Source: the human T2T-CHM13v2.0 reference genome, Homo sapiens
Length of the DNA stretch: 64,000 nt
Direction: 5' to 3' (one strand)
Assembly: GCF_009914755.1 (NCBI RefSeq)
Contig: NC_060941.1
Positions 10,526 through 25,500 of the stretch are shown in pieces. How positions within the stretch are numbered: the stretch's first letter is position 1; each line of letters opens with the position of its first letter. The position numbers and the translations under genes were made by a program. The notes under the pieces were generated by a model. It saw only the letters and a program-made list of their open reading frames with translations. It searched no databases and was not told where the DNA came from.

Positions 10526-13500
10526 CAGAAACTGCTTTGTGATGATTGCATTCACCTCACAGAGTTGAACATTCCTATTGATAGAGCAGTTTGGAAACAC
10601 TCTTGTTGTGGAATGTGCAAGTGGAGATTTGGAGCGCTTTGAGGCCTATGGTAGTAAAGGGAATAGCTTCATAGAAAAACTAGACAGAAGCATTCTCAGA
10701 AAATACTTTGTGATGATTGAGTTTAACTCACAGAGCTGAACATTCCTTTGGATGGAGCAGGTTTGAGACACACCTTTTGTAGAATCTACAAGTGGATATT
10801 TGGACCTCTCTGAGGATTTCGTTGGAAACGGGATAACTGCACCTAACTAAACGGAAGCATTCTCAGAAACTTCTTGGTGATGTTTGCATTCAAATCCCAG
10901 AGTTGAACCTTCCTTTGATAGTTCAGGTTTGAAACACTCTTTTTGTAGGATCTGCAAGTGGATATTTGGACCACTCTGTGGCCTTCGTTCGAAACGGGTA
11001 TATCTTCGCATAAAATCTAGACAGAAGCCTTCTCAGAAACTTCTCTGTGATGATTGCATTCAACTCACAGAGTTGAACCCTCCTATGGATAGAGCAGTGT
11101 TGAAACTCTCTTTTTGTGGAATCTGCAAGTGGATATGTGGACCTCTCCGAAGATGTCTTTGGAAACGGGAATATCTTCACATAAAAACTAAACAGAAGCA
11201 TTCTCAGAAACTTCTCTGTGATGTTTGTGTTCAACTCCCAGAGTTTCACATTGCTTTTCATAGAGTAGTTCTGAAACATGCTTTTCGTAGTGTCTACAAG
11301 TGGACATTTGGAGCGCTTTCAGGCCTGTGGTGGAAAACGAATTATGGTCACATAAAAACTGGAGAGAAGCATTGTCAGAAACTTCTTTGTGATGATTGCA
11401 TTCAACTCACAGAGTTGAAGGTTCCTTTTCAAAGAGCAGTTTCCAATCACTCTTTGTGTGGAATCTGCAAGTGGATATTTGGACCTATTTTGAAGATTTC
11501 GTTGGAAACGGGAGAATCTTCACAGGAAAGCTAAACAGAAGCATTCTCAGAAACTTCTTTGTGATGCTTGCATTCAACTCACAGAGTTGAACTTTCCTTT
11601 CGAGAGAGAAGCTTTGAAACACTCTTTTTCCAGAATCTGCAAGTGGACATTTGGAGGGCTTTGAGGCCTGTGGTGGAAAAGGAATTATCTTCCCGTAAAA
11701 GCTAGATAGAAGCATTCTCAGAAACTACTTTGTGATGATTGCATTCAAGTCACAGAGTTGAACATTCCCTTTGACAGAGCAGTTTGGAAACTCTCTTTGT
11801 GTAGAATCTGCAAGTGGAGATATGGACCGCTTTGAGGCCTATGGTAGTAAAGGAAATAGCTTCATATAAAAGCTAGACAGTAGCATTCACAGAAAACTCT
11901 TGGTGACGACTGAGTTTAACTCACAGAGCTGAACATTCCTTTGGATGGAGCAGTTTCGAAACACACTATTTGTAGAATGTGCAAGTGGATATTTGGGCCT
12001 CTCTGAGGATTTCGTTGGAAACGGGATAAACCGCACAGAACTAAACAGAAGCATTCTCAGAACCTTCTTCGTGATGTTTGCATTCAACTCACAGTGTTGA
12101 ACCTTTCTTTGATAGTTCAGGTTTGAAACGGTCTTTCTGTAGAAACTGCAAGTAGATATTTGGACCTCTCTGAGGATTTCGTTGGAAACGGGATAACCCG
12201 CACAGAACTAAAACAGAAGCATTCTCAGAACCCTCTTCGTGATGTTTGCATTCAACTCACAGTGCTGAACCTTTCTTTGATAGTTCAGCTTTGAAACACT
12301 CTTTTTGTAGAAACTGCAAGTGGATATTTGGTCCTCTCTGAGCATTTCGTTGGAAACGGGATAAACTGCACAGAACTAAACAGAAGCATTCTCAGAACCT
12401 TCTTCGTGATGTCTGCATTCAACTCACAGTGTGGAACCTTTCTTTGATAGTTCAGGTTTGAAACACTCTTTTTGTAGAAACTGCAAGGGGATAATTGCAC
12501 TCTTTGAGGAGTACCGTAGTAAAGGAAATAACTTCCTATAAAAAGAAGACAGAAGCTTTCTCAGAAAATTCTTTGGGATGATTGAGTTGAACTCACAGAG
12601 CTGAGCATTCCTTGCGATGTAGCAGTTTAGAAACACACTTTCTGCAGAATCTGCAAGTGCATATTTGGACCTCTGTGAGGAATTCGTTGGAAACGGGATA
12701 ATTTCAGCTGACTAAACAGAAGCAGTCTCAGAATCTTCTTTGTGATGTTTGCATTCAAATCCCCGAGTTGAACTTTCCTTTCAAAGTTCACGTTTGAAAC
12801 ACTCTTTTTGCAGGATCTACAAGTGGATATTTGGACCACTCTGTGTCCTTCGTTCGAAACGGGTATATCTTCACATGACATCCAGACAGAAGCATCCTCA
12901 GAAGCTTCTCTGTGATGACTGCATTCAACTCACGGAGTTGAACACTCCTTTTGAGAGCGCAGTTTTGAAACTCTCTTTCTGTGGCATCTGCAAGGGGACA
13001 TATAGACCTCTTTGAAGATTTCGTTGGAAACGGAATCATCTTCACATAAAAACTATACAGATGCATTCTCAGGAACTTTTTGGTGATGTTTGTATTCAAC
13101 TCCCAGAGTTGAACTTTCCTTTGGAAAGAGCAGCTATGAAACACTCTTTTTCTAGAATCTGCAAGTGGACGTTTGGAGGGCTTTGTGGTTTGTGGTGGAA
13201 AAGGAAATATCTTCACCTAAATACTAGATAGAAGCATTCTCAGAAACTGCTTTGTGATGATTGCATTCACCTCACAGAGTTGAACATTCCTATTGATAGA
13301 GCAGTTTGGAAACACTCTTGTTGTGGAATGTGCAAGTGGAGATTTGGAGCGCTTTGAGGCCTATGGTAGTAAAGGGAATAGCTTCATAGAAAAACTAGAC
13401 AGAAGCATTCTCAGAAAATACTTTGTGATGATTGAGTTTAACTCACAGAGCTGAACATTCCTTTGGATGGAGCAGGTTTGAGACACACCTTTTGTAGAAT

Positions 13501-16500
13501 CTACAAGTGGATATTTGGACCTCTCTGAGGATTTCGTTGGAAACGGGATAACTGCACCTAACTAAACGGAAGCATTCTCAGAAACTTCTTGGTGATGTTT
13601 GCATTCAAATCCCAGAGTTGAACCTTCCTTTGATAGTTCAGGTTTGAAACACTCTTTTTGTAGGATCTGCAAGTGGATATTTGGACCACTCTGTGGCCTT
13701 CGTTCGAAACGGGTATATCTTCGCATAAAATCTAGACAGAAGCCTTCTCAGAAACTTCTCTGTGATGATTGCATTCAACTCACAGAGTTGAACCCTCCTA
13801 TGGATAGAGCAGTGTTGAAACTCTCTTTTTGTGGAATCTGCAAGTGGATATGTGGACCTCTCCGAAGATGTCTTTGGAAACGGGAATATCTTCACATAAA
13901 AACTAAACAGAAGCATTCTCAGAAACTTCTCTGTGATGTTTGTGTTCAACTCCCAGAGTTTCACATTGCTTTTCATAGAGTAGTTCTGAAACATGCTTTT
14001 CGTAGTGTCTACAAGTGGACATTTGGAGCGCTTTCAGGCCTGTGGTGGAAAACGAATTATGGTCACATAAAAACTGGAGAGAAGCATTGTCAGAAACTTC
14101 TTTGTGATGATTGCATTCAACTCACAGAGTTGAAGGTTCCTTTTCAAAGAGCAGTTTCCAATCACTCTTTGTGTGGAATCTGCAAGTGGATATTCGGACC
14201 TATTTTGAAGATTTCGTTGGAAACGGGAGAATCTTCACAGGAAAGCTAAACAGAAGCATTCTCAGAAACTTCTTTGTGATGCTTGCATTCAACTCACAGA
14301 GTTGAACTTTCCTTTCGAGAGAGAAGCTTTGAAACACTCTTTTACCAGAATCTGCAAGTGGACATTTGGAGGGCTTTGAGGCCTGTGGTGGAAAAGGAAT
14401 TATCTTCCCGTAAAAGCTAGATAGAAGCATTCTCAGAAACTACTTTGTGATGATTGCATTCAAGTCACAGAGTTGAACATTCCCTTTGACAGAGCAGTTT
14501 GGAAACTCTCTTTGTGTAGAATCTGCAAGTGGAGATATGGACCGCTTTGAGGCCTATGGTAGTAAAGGAAATAGCTTCATATAAAAGCTAGACAGTAGCA
14601 TTCACAGAAAACTCTTGGTGACGACTGAGTTTAACTCACAGAGCTGAACATTCCTTTGGATGGAGCAGTTTCGAAACACACTATTTGTAGAATGTGCAAG
14701 TGGATATTTGGGCCTCTCTGAGGATTTCGTTGGAAACGGGATAAACCGCACAGAACTAAACAGAAGCATTCTCAGAACCTTCTTCGTGATGTTTGCATTC
14801 AACTCACAGTGTTGAACCTTTCTTTGATAGTTCAGGTTTGAAACGGTCTTTCTGTAGAAACTGCAAGTAGATATTTGGACCTCTCTGAGGATTTCGTTGG
14901 AAACGGGATAACCCGCACAGAACTAAAACAGAAGCATTCTCAGAACCCTCTTCGTGATGTTTGCATTCAACTCACAGTGCTGAACCTTTCTTTGATAGTT
15001 CAGCTTTGAAACACTCTTTTTGTAGAAACTGCAAGTGGATATTTGGTCCTCTCTGAGCATTTCGTTGGAAACGGGATAAACTGCACAGAACTAAACAGAA
15101 GCATTCTCAGAACCTTCTTCGTGATGTCTGCATTCAACTCACAGTGTGGAACCTTTCTTTGATAGTTCAGGTTTGAAACACTCTTTTTGTAGAAACTGCA
15201 AGGGGATAATTGCACTCTTTGAGGAGTACCGTAGTAAAGGAAATAACTTCCTATAAAAAGAAGACAGAAGCTTTCTCAGAAAATTCTTTGGGATGATTGA
15301 GTTGAACTCACAGAGCTGAGCATTCCTTGCGATGTAGCAGTTTAGAAACACACTTTCTGCAGAATCTGCAAGTGCATATTTGGACCTCTGTGAGGAATTC
15401 GTTGGAAACGGGATAATTTCAGCTGACTAAACAGAAGCAGTCTCAGAATCTTCTTTGTGATGTTTGCATTCAAATCCCCGAGTTGAACTTTCCTTTCAAA
15501 GTTCACGTTTGAAACACTCTTTTTGCAGGATCTACAAGTGGATATTTGGACCACTCTGTGTCCTTCGTTCGAAACGGGTATATCTTCACATGACATCCAG
15601 ACAGAAGCATCCTCAGAAGCTTCTCTGTGATGACTGCATTCAACTCACGGAGTTGAACACTCCTTTTGAGAGCGCAGTTTTGAAACTCTCTTTCTGTGGC
15701 ATCTGCAAGGGGACATGTAGACCTCTTTGAAGATTTCGTTGGAAACGGAATCATCTTCACATAAAAACTATACAGATGCATTCTCAGGAACTTTTTGGTG
15801 ATGTTTGTATTCAACTCCCAGAGTTGAACTTTCCTTTGGAAAGAGCAGCTATGAAACACGCTTTTTCTAGAATCTGCAAGTGGACGTTTGGAGGGCTTTG
15901 TGGTTTGTGGTGGAAAAGGAAATATCTTCACCTAAATACTAGATAGAAGCATTCTCAGAAACTGCTTTGTGATGATTGCATTCACCTCACAGAGTTGAAC
16001 ATTCCTATTGATAGAGCAGTTTGGAAACACTCTTGTTGTGGAATGTGCAAGTGGAGATTTGGAGCGCTTTGAGGCCTATGGTAGTAAAGGGAATAGCTTC
16101 ATAGAAAAACTAGACAGAAGCATTCTCAGAAAATACTTTGTGATGATTGAGTTTAACTCACAGAGCTGAACATTCCTTTGGATGGAGCAGGTTTGAGACA
16201 CACCTTTTGTAGAATCTACAAGTGGATATTTGGACCTCTCTGAGGATTTCGTTGGAAACGGGATAACTGCACCTAACTAAACGGAAGCATTCTCAGAAAC
16301 TTCTTGGTGATGTTTGCATTCAAATCCCAGAGTTGAACCTTCCTTTGATAGTTCAGGTTTGAAACACTCTTTTTGTAGGATCTGCAAGTGGATATTTGGA
16401 CCACTCTGTGGCCTTCGTTCGAAACGGGTATATCTTCGCATAAAATCTAGACAGAAGCCTTCTCAGAAACTTCTCTGTGATGATTGCATTCAACTCACAG

Positions 16501-19500
16501 AGTTGAACCCTCCTATGGATAGAGCAGTGTTGAAACTCTCTTTTTGTGGAATCTGCAAGTGGATATGTGGACCTCTCCGAAGATGTCTTTGGAAACGGGA
16601 ATATCTTCACATAAAAACTAAACAGAAGCATTCTCAGAAACTTCTCTGTGATGTTTGTGTTCAACTCCCAGAGTTTCACATTGCTTTTCATAGAGTAGTT
16701 CTGAAACATGCTTTTCGTAGTGTCTACAAGTGGACATTTGGAGCGCTTTCAGGCCTGTGGTGGAAAACGAATTATGGTCACATAAAAACTGGAGAGAAGC
16801 ATTGTCAGAAACTTCTTTGTGATGATTGCATTCAACTCACAGAGTTGAAGGTTCCTTTTCAAAGAGCAGTTTCCAATCACTCTTTCTGTGGAGTCTGCAA
16901 GTGGATATTTGGACCTATTTTGAAGATTTCGTTGGAAACGGGAGAATCTTCACAGGAAAGCTAAACAGAAGCATTCTCAGAAACTTCTTTGTGATGCTTG
17001 CATTCAACTCACAGAGTTGAACTTTCCTTTCGAGAGAGAAGCTTTGAAACACTCTTTTTCCAGAATCTGCAAGTGGACATTTGGAGGGCTTTGAGGCCTG
17101 TGGTGGAAAAGGAATTATCTTCCCGTAAAAGCTAGATAGAAGCATTCTCAGAAACTACTTTGTGATGATTGCATTCAAGTCACAGAGTTGAACATTCCCT
17201 TTGACAGAGCAGTTTGGAAACTCTCTTTGTGTAGAATCTGCAAGTGGAGATATGGACCGCTTTGAGGCCTATGGTAGTAAAGGAAATAGCTTCATATAAA
17301 AGCTAGACAGTAGCATTCACAGAAAACTCTTGGTGACGACTGAGTTTAACTCACAGAGCTGAACATTCCTTTGGATGGAGCAGTTTCGAAACACACTATT
17401 TGTAGAATGTGCAAGTGGATATTTGGGCCTCTCTGAGGATTTCGTTGGAAACGGGATAAACCGCACAGAACTAAACAGAAGCATTCTCAGAACCTTCTTC
17501 GTGATGTTTGCATTCAACTCACAGTGTTGAACCTTTCTTTGATAGTTCAGGTTTGAAACGGTCTTTCTGTAGAAACTGCAAGTAGATATTTGGACCTCTC
17601 TGAGGATTTCGTTGGAAACGGGATAACCCGCACAGAACTAAAACAGAAGCATTCTCAGAACCCTCTTCGTGATGTTTGCATTCAACTCACAGTGCTGAAC
17701 CTTTCTTTGATAGTTCAGCTTTGAAACACTCTTTTTGTAGAAACTGCAAGTGGATATTTGGTCCTCTCTGAGCATTTCGTTGGAAACGGGATAAACTGCA
17801 CAGAACTAAACAGAAGCATTCTCAGAACCTTCTTCGTGATGTCTGCATTCAACTCACAGTGTGGAACCTTTCTTTGATAGTTCAGGTTTGAAACACTCTT
17901 TTTGTAGAAACTGCAAGGGGATAATTGCACTCTTTGAGGAGTACCGTAGTAAAGGAAATAACTTCCTATAAAAAGAAGACAGAAGCTTTCTCAGAAAATT
18001 CTTTGGGATGATTGAGTTGAACTCACAGAGCTGAGCATTCCTTGCGATGTAGCAGTTTAGAAACACACTTTCTGCAGAATCTGCAAGTGCATATTTGGAC
18101 CTCTGTGAGGAATTCGTTGGAAACGGGATAATTTCAGCTGACTAAACAGAAGCAGTCTCAGAATCTTCTTTGTGATGTTTGCATTCAAATCCCCGAGTTG
18201 AACTTTCCTTTCAAAGTTCACGTTTGAAACACTCTTTTTACAGGATCTACAAGTGGATATTTGGACCACTCTGTGTCCTTCGTTCGAAACGGGTATATCT
18301 TCACATGACATCTAGACAGAAGCATCCTCAGAAGCTTCTCTGTGATGACTGCATTCAACTCACGGAGTTGAACACTCCTTTTGAGAGCGCAGTTTTGAAA
18401 CTCTCTTTCTGTGGCATCTGCAAGGGGACATGTAGACCTCTTTGAAGATTTCGTTGGAAACGGAATCATCTTCACATAAAAACTATACAGATGCATTCTC
18501 AGGAACTTTTTGGTGATGTTTGTATTCAACTCCCAGAGTTGAACTTTCCTTTGGAAAGAGCAGCTATGAAACACGCTTTTTCTAGAATCTGCAAGTGGAC
18601 GTTTGGAGGGCTTTGTGGTTTGTGGTGGAAAAGGAAATATCTTCACCTAAATACTAGATAGAAGCATTCTCAGAAACTGCTTTGTGATGATTGCATTCAC
18701 CTCACAGAGTTGAACATTCCTATTGATAGAGCAGTTTGGAAACACTCTTGTTGTGGAATGTGCAAGTGGAGATTTGGAGCGCTTTGAGGCCTATGGTAGT
18801 AAAGGGAATAGCTTCATAGAAAAACTAGACAGAAGCATTCTCAGAAAATACTTTGTGATGATTGAGTTTAACTCACAGAGCTGAACATTCCTTTGGATGG
18901 AGCAGGTTTGAGACACACCTTTTGTAGAATCTACAAGTGGATATTTGGACCTCTCTGAGGATTTCGTTGGAAACGGGATAACTGCACCTAACTAAACGGA
19001 AGCATTCTCAGAAACTTCTTGGTGATGTTTGCATTCAAATCCCAGAGTTGAACCTTCCTTTGATAGTTCAGGTTTGAAACACTCTTTTTGTAGGATCTGC
19101 AAGTGGATATTTGGACCACTCTGTGGCCTTCGTTCGAAACGGGTATATCTTCGCATAAAATCTAGACAGAAGCCTTCTCAGAAACTTCTCTGTGATGATT
19201 GCATTCAACTCACAGAGTTGAACCCTCCTATGGATAGAGCAGTGTTGAAACTCTCTTTTTGTGGAATCTGCAAGTGGATATGTGGACCTCTCCGAAGATG
19301 TCTTTGGAAACGGGAATATCTTCACATAAAAACTAAACAGAAGCATTCTCAGAAACTTCTCTGTGATGTTTGTGTTCAACTCCCAGAGTTTCACATTGCT
19401 TTTCATAGAGTAGTTCTGAAACATGCTTTTCGTAGTGTCTACAAGTGGACATTTGGAGCGCTTTCAGGCCTGTGGTGGAAAACGAATTATGGTCACATAA

Positions 19501-22500
19501 AAACTGGAGAGAAGCATTGTCAGAAACTTCTTTGTGATGATTGCATTCAACTCACAGAGTTGAAGGTTCCTTTTCAAAGAGCAGTTTCCAATCACTCTTT
19601 CTGTGGAGTCTGCAAGTGGATATTTGGACCTATTTTGAAGATTTCGTTGGAAACGGGAGAATCTTCACAGGAAAGCTAAACAGAAGCATTCTCAGAAACT
19701 TCTTTGTGATGCTTGCATTCAACTCACAGAGTTGAACTTTCCTTTCGAGAGAGAAGCTTTGAAACACTCTTTTTCCAGAATCTGCAAGTGGACATTTGGA
19801 GGGCTTTGAGGCCTGTGGTGGAAAAGGAATTATCTTCCCGTAAAAGCTAGATAGAAGCATTCTCAGAAACTACTTTGTGATGATTGCATTCAAGTCACAG
19901 AGTTGAACATTCCCTTTGACAGAGCAGTTTGGAAACTCTCTTTGTGTAGAATCTGCAAGTGGAGATATGGACCGCTTTGAGGCCTATGGTAGTAAAGGAA
20001 ATAGCTTCATATAAAAGCTAGACAGTAGCATTCACAGAAAACTCTTGGTGACGACTGAGTTTAACTCACAGAGCTGAACATTCCTTTGGATGGAGCAGTT
20101 TCGAAACACACTATTTGTAGAATGTGCAAGTGGATATTTGGGCCTCTCTGAGGATTTCGTTGGAAACGGGATAAACCGCACAGAACTAAACAGAAGCATT
20201 CTCAGAACCTTCTTCGTGATGTTTGCATTCAACTCACAGTGTTGAACCTTTCTTTGATAGTTCAGGTTTGAAACGGTCTTTCTGTAGAAACTGCAAGTAG
20301 ATATTTGGACCTCTCTGAGGATTTCGTTGGAAACGGGATAACCCGCACAGAACTAAAACAGAAGCATTCTCAGAACCCTCTTCGTGATGTTTGCATTCAA
20401 CTCACAGTGCTGAACCTTTCTTTGATAGTTCAGCTTTGAAACACTCTTTTTGTAGAAACTGCAAGTGGATATTTGGTCCTCTCTGAGGATTTCGTTGGAA
20501 ACGGGATAAACTGCACAGAACTAAACAGAAGCATTCTCAGAACCTTCTTCGTGATGTCTGCATTCAACTCACAGTGTGGAACCTTTCTTTGATAGTTCAG
20601 GTTTGAAACACTCTTTTTGTAGAAACTGCAAGGGGATAATTGCACTCTTTGAGGAGTACCGTAGTAAAGGAAATAACTTCCTATAAAAAGAAGACAGAAG
20701 CTTTCTCAGAAAATTCTTTGGGATGATTGAGTTGAACTCACAGAGCTGAGCATTCCTTGCGATGTAGCAGTTTAGAAACACACTTTCTGCAGAATCTGCA
20801 AGTGCATATTTGGACCTCTGTGAGGAATTCGTTGGAAACGGGATAATTTCAGCTGACTAAACAGAAGCAGTCTCAGAATCTTCTTTGTGATGTTTGCATT
20901 CAAATCCCCGAGTTGAACTTTCCTTTCAAAGTTCACGTTTGAAACACTCTTTTTACAGGATCTACAAGTGGATATTTGGACCACTCTGTGTCCTTCGTTC
21001 GAAACGGGTATATCTTCACATGACATCTAGACAGAAGCATCCTCAGAAGCTTCTCTGTGATGACTGCATTCAACTCACGGAGTTGAACACTCCTTTTGAG
21101 AGCGCAGTTTTGAAACTCTCTTTCTGTGGCATCTGCAAGGGGACATGTAGACCTCTTTGAAGATTTCGTTGGAAACGGAATCATCTTCACATAAAAACTA
21201 TACAGATGCATTCTCAGGAACTTTTTGGTGATGTTTGTATTCAACTCCCAGAGTTGAACTTTCCTTTGGAAAGAGCAGCTATGAAACACGCTTTTTCTAG
21301 AATCTGCAAGTGGACGTTTGGAGGGCTTTGTGGTTTGTGGTGGAAAAGGAAATATCTTCACCTAAATACTAGATAGAAGCATTCTCAGAAACTGCTTTGT
21401 GATGATTGCATTCACCTCACAGAGTTGAACATTCCTATTGATAGAGCAGTTTGGAAACACTCTTGTTGTGGAATGTGCAAGTGGAGATTTGGAGCGCTTT
21501 GAGGCCTATGGTAGTAAAGGGAATAGCTTCATAGAAAAACTAGACAGAAGCATTCTCAGAAAATACTTTGTGATGATTGAGTTTAACTCACAGAGCTGAA
21601 CATTCCTTTGGATGGAGCAGGTTTGAGACACACCTTTTGTAGAATCTACAAGTGGATATTTGGACCTCTCTGAGGATTTCGTTGGAAACGGGATAACTGC
21701 ACCTAACTAAACGGAAGCATTCTCAGAAACTTCTTGGTGATGTTTGCATTCAAATCCCAGAGTTGAACCTTCCTTTGATAGTTCAGGTTTGAAACACTCT
21801 TTTTGTAGGATCTGCAAGTGGATATTTGGACCACTCTGTGGCCTTCGTTCGAAACGGGTATATCTTCGCATAAAATCTAGACAGAAGCCTTCTCAGAAAC
21901 TTCTCTGTGATGATTGCATTCAACTCACAGAGTTGAACCCTCCTATGGATAGAGCAGTGTTGAAACTCTCTTTTTGTGGAATCTGCAAGTGGATATGTGG
22001 ACCTCTCCGAAGATGTCTTTGGAAACGGGAATATCTTCACATAAAAACTAAACAGAAGCATTCTCAGAAACTTCTCTGTGATGTTTGTGTTCAACTCCCA
22101 GAGTTTCACATTGCTTTTCATAGAGTAGTTCTGAAACATGCTTTTCGTAGTGTCTACAAGTGGACATTTGGAGCGCTTTCAGGCCTGTGGTGGAAAACGA
22201 ATTATGGTCACATAAAAACTGGAGAGAAGCATTGTCAGAAACTTCTTTGTGATGATTGCATTCAACTCACAGAGTTGAAGGTTCCTTTTCAAAGAGCAGT
22301 TTCCAATCACTCTTTGTGTGGAATCTGCAAGTGGATATTCGGACCTATTTTGAAGATTTCGTTGGAAACGGGAGAATCTTCACAGGAAAGCTAAACAGAA
22401 GCATTCTCAGAAACTTCTTTGTGATGCTTGCATTCAACTCACAGAGTTGAACTTTCCTTTCGAGAGAGAAGCTTTGAAACACTCTTTTTCCAGAATCTGC

Positions 22501-25500
22501 AAGTGGACATTTGGAGGGCTTTGAGGCCTGTGGTGGAAAAGGAATTATCTTCCCGTAAAAGCTAGATAGAAGCATTCTCAGAAACTACTTTGTGATGATT
22601 GCATTCAAGTCACAGAGTTGAACATTCCCTTTGACAGAGCAGTTTGGAAACTCTCTTTGTGTAGAATCTGCAAGTGGAGATATGGACCGCTTTGAGGCCT
22701 ATGGTAGTAAAGGAAATAGCTTCATATAAAAGCTAGACAGTAGCATTCACAGAAAACTCTTGGTGACGACTGAGTTTAACTCACAGAGCTGAACATTCCT
22801 TTGGATGGAGCAGTTTCGAAACACACTATTTGTAGAATGTGCAAGTGGATATTTGGGCCTCTCTGAGGATTTCGTTGGAAACGGGATAAACCGCACAGAA
22901 CTAAACAGAAGCATTCTCAGAACCTTCTTCGTGATGTTTGCATTCAACTCACAGTGTTGAACCTTTCTTTGATAGTTCAGGTTTGAAACGGTCTTTCTGT
23001 AGAAACTGCAAGTAGATATTTGGACCGCTCTGAGGATTTCGTTGGAAACGGGATAACCCGCACAGAACTAAAACAGAAGCATTCTCAGAACCCTCTTCGT
23101 GATGTTTGCATTCAACTCACAGTGCTGAACCTTTCTTTGATAGTTCAGCTTTGAAACACTCTTTTTGTAGAAACTGCAAGTGGATATTTGGTCCTCTCTG
23201 AGGATTTCGTTGGAAACGGGATAAACTGCACAGAACTAAACAGAAGCATTCTCAGAACCTTCTTCGTGATGTCTGCATTCAACTCACAGTGTGGAACCTT
23301 TCTTTGATAGTTCAGGTTTGAAACACTCTTTTTGTAGAAACTGCAAGGGGATAATTGCACTCTTTGAGGAGTACCGTAGTAAAGGACATAACTTCCTATA
23401 AAAAGAAGACAGAAGCTTTCTCAGAAAATTCTTTGGGATGATTGAGTTGAACTCACAGAGCTGAGCATTCCTTGCGATGTAGCAGTTTAGAAACACACTT
23501 TCTGCAGAATCTGCAAGTGCATATTTGGACCTCTGTGAGGAATTCGTTGGAAACGGGATAATTTCAGCTGACTAAACAGAAGCAGTCTCAGAATCTTCTT
23601 TGTGATGTTTGCATTCAAATCCCCGAGTTGAACTTTCCTTTCAAAGTTCACGTTTGAAACACTCTTTTTGCAGGATCTACAAGTGGATATTTGGACCACT
23701 CTGTGTCCTTCGTTCGAAACGGGTATATCTTCACATGACATCCAGACAGAAGCATCCTCAGAAGCTTCTCTGTGATGACTGCATTCAACTCACGGAGTTG
23801 AACACTCCTTTTGAGAGCGCAGTTTTGAAACTCTCTTTCTGTGGCATCTGCAAGGGGACATGTAGACCTCTTTGAAGATTTCGTTGGAAACGGAATCATC
23901 TTCACATAAAAACTATACAGATGCATTCTCAGGAACTTTTTGGTGATGTTTGTATTCAACTCCCAGAGTTGAACTTTCCTTTGGAAAGAGCAGCTATGAA
24001 ACACTCTTTTTCTAGAATCTGCAAGTGGACGTTTGGAGGGCTTTGTGGTTTGTGGTGGAAAAGGAAATATCTTCACCTAAATACTAGATAGAAGCATTCT
24101 CAGAAACTGCTTTGTGATGATTGCATTCACCTCACAGAGTTGAACATTCCTATTGATAGAGCAGTTTGGAAACACTCTTGTTGTGGAATGTGCAAGTGGA
24201 GATTTGGAGCGCTTTGAGGCCTATGGTAGTAAAGGGAATAGCTTCATAGAAAAACTAGACAGAAGCATTCTCAGAAAATACTTTGTGATGATTGAGTTTA
24301 ACTCACAGAGCTGAACATTCCTTTGGATGGAGCAGGTTTGAGACACACCTTTTGTAGAATCTACAAGTGGATATTTGGACCTCTCTGAGGATTTCGTTGG
24401 AAACGGGATAACTGCACCTAACTAAACGGAAGCATTCTCAGAAACTTCTTGGTGATGTTTGCATTCAAATCCCAGAGTTGAACCTTCCTTTGATAGTTCA
24501 GGTTTGAAACACTCTTTTTGTAGGATCTGCAAGTGGATATTTGGACCACTCTGTGGCCTTCGTTCGAAACGGGTATATCTTCGCATAAAATCTAGACAGA
24601 AGCCTTCTCAGAAACTTCTCTGTGATGATTGCATTCAACTCACAGAGTTGAACCCTCCTATGGATAGAGCAGTGTTGAAACTCTCTTTTTGTGGAATCTG
24701 CAAGTGGATATGTGGACCTCTCCGAAGATGTCTTTGGAAACGGGAATATCTTCACATAAAAACTAAACAGAAGCATTCTCAGAAACTTCTCTGTGATGTT
24801 TGTGTTCAACTCCCAGAGTTTCACATTGCTTTTCATAGAGTAGTTCTGAAACATGCTTTTCGTAGTGTCTACAAGTGGACATTTGGAGCGCTTTCAGGCC
24901 TGTGGTGGAAAACGAATTATGGTCACATAAAAACTGGAGAGAAGCATTGTCAGAAACTTCTTTGTGATGATTGCATTCAACTCACAGAGTTGAAGGTTCC
25001 TTTTCAAAGAGCAGTTTCCAATCGCTCTTTGTGTGGAATCTGCAAGTGGATATTCGGACCTATTTTGAAGATTTCGTTGGAAACGGGAGAATCTTCACAG
25101 GAAAGCTAAACAGAAGCATTCTCAGAAACTTCTTTGTGATGCTTGCATTCAACTCACAGAGTTGAACTTTCCTTTCGAGAGAGAAGCTTTGAAACACTCT
25201 TTTTCCAGAATCTGCAAGTGGACATTTGGAGGGCTTTGAGGCCTGTGGTGGAAAAGGAATTATCTTCCCGTAAAAGCTAGATAGAAGCATTCTCAGAAAC
25301 TACTTTGTGATGATTGCATTCAAGTCACAGAGTTGAACATTCCCTTTGACAGAGCAGTTTGGAAACTCTCTTTGTGTAGAATCTGCAAGTGGAGATATGG
25401 ACCGCTTTGAGGCCTATGGTAGTAAAGGAAATAGCTTCATATAAAAGCTAGACAGTAGCATTCACAGAAAACTCTTGGTGACGACTGAGTTTAACTCACA

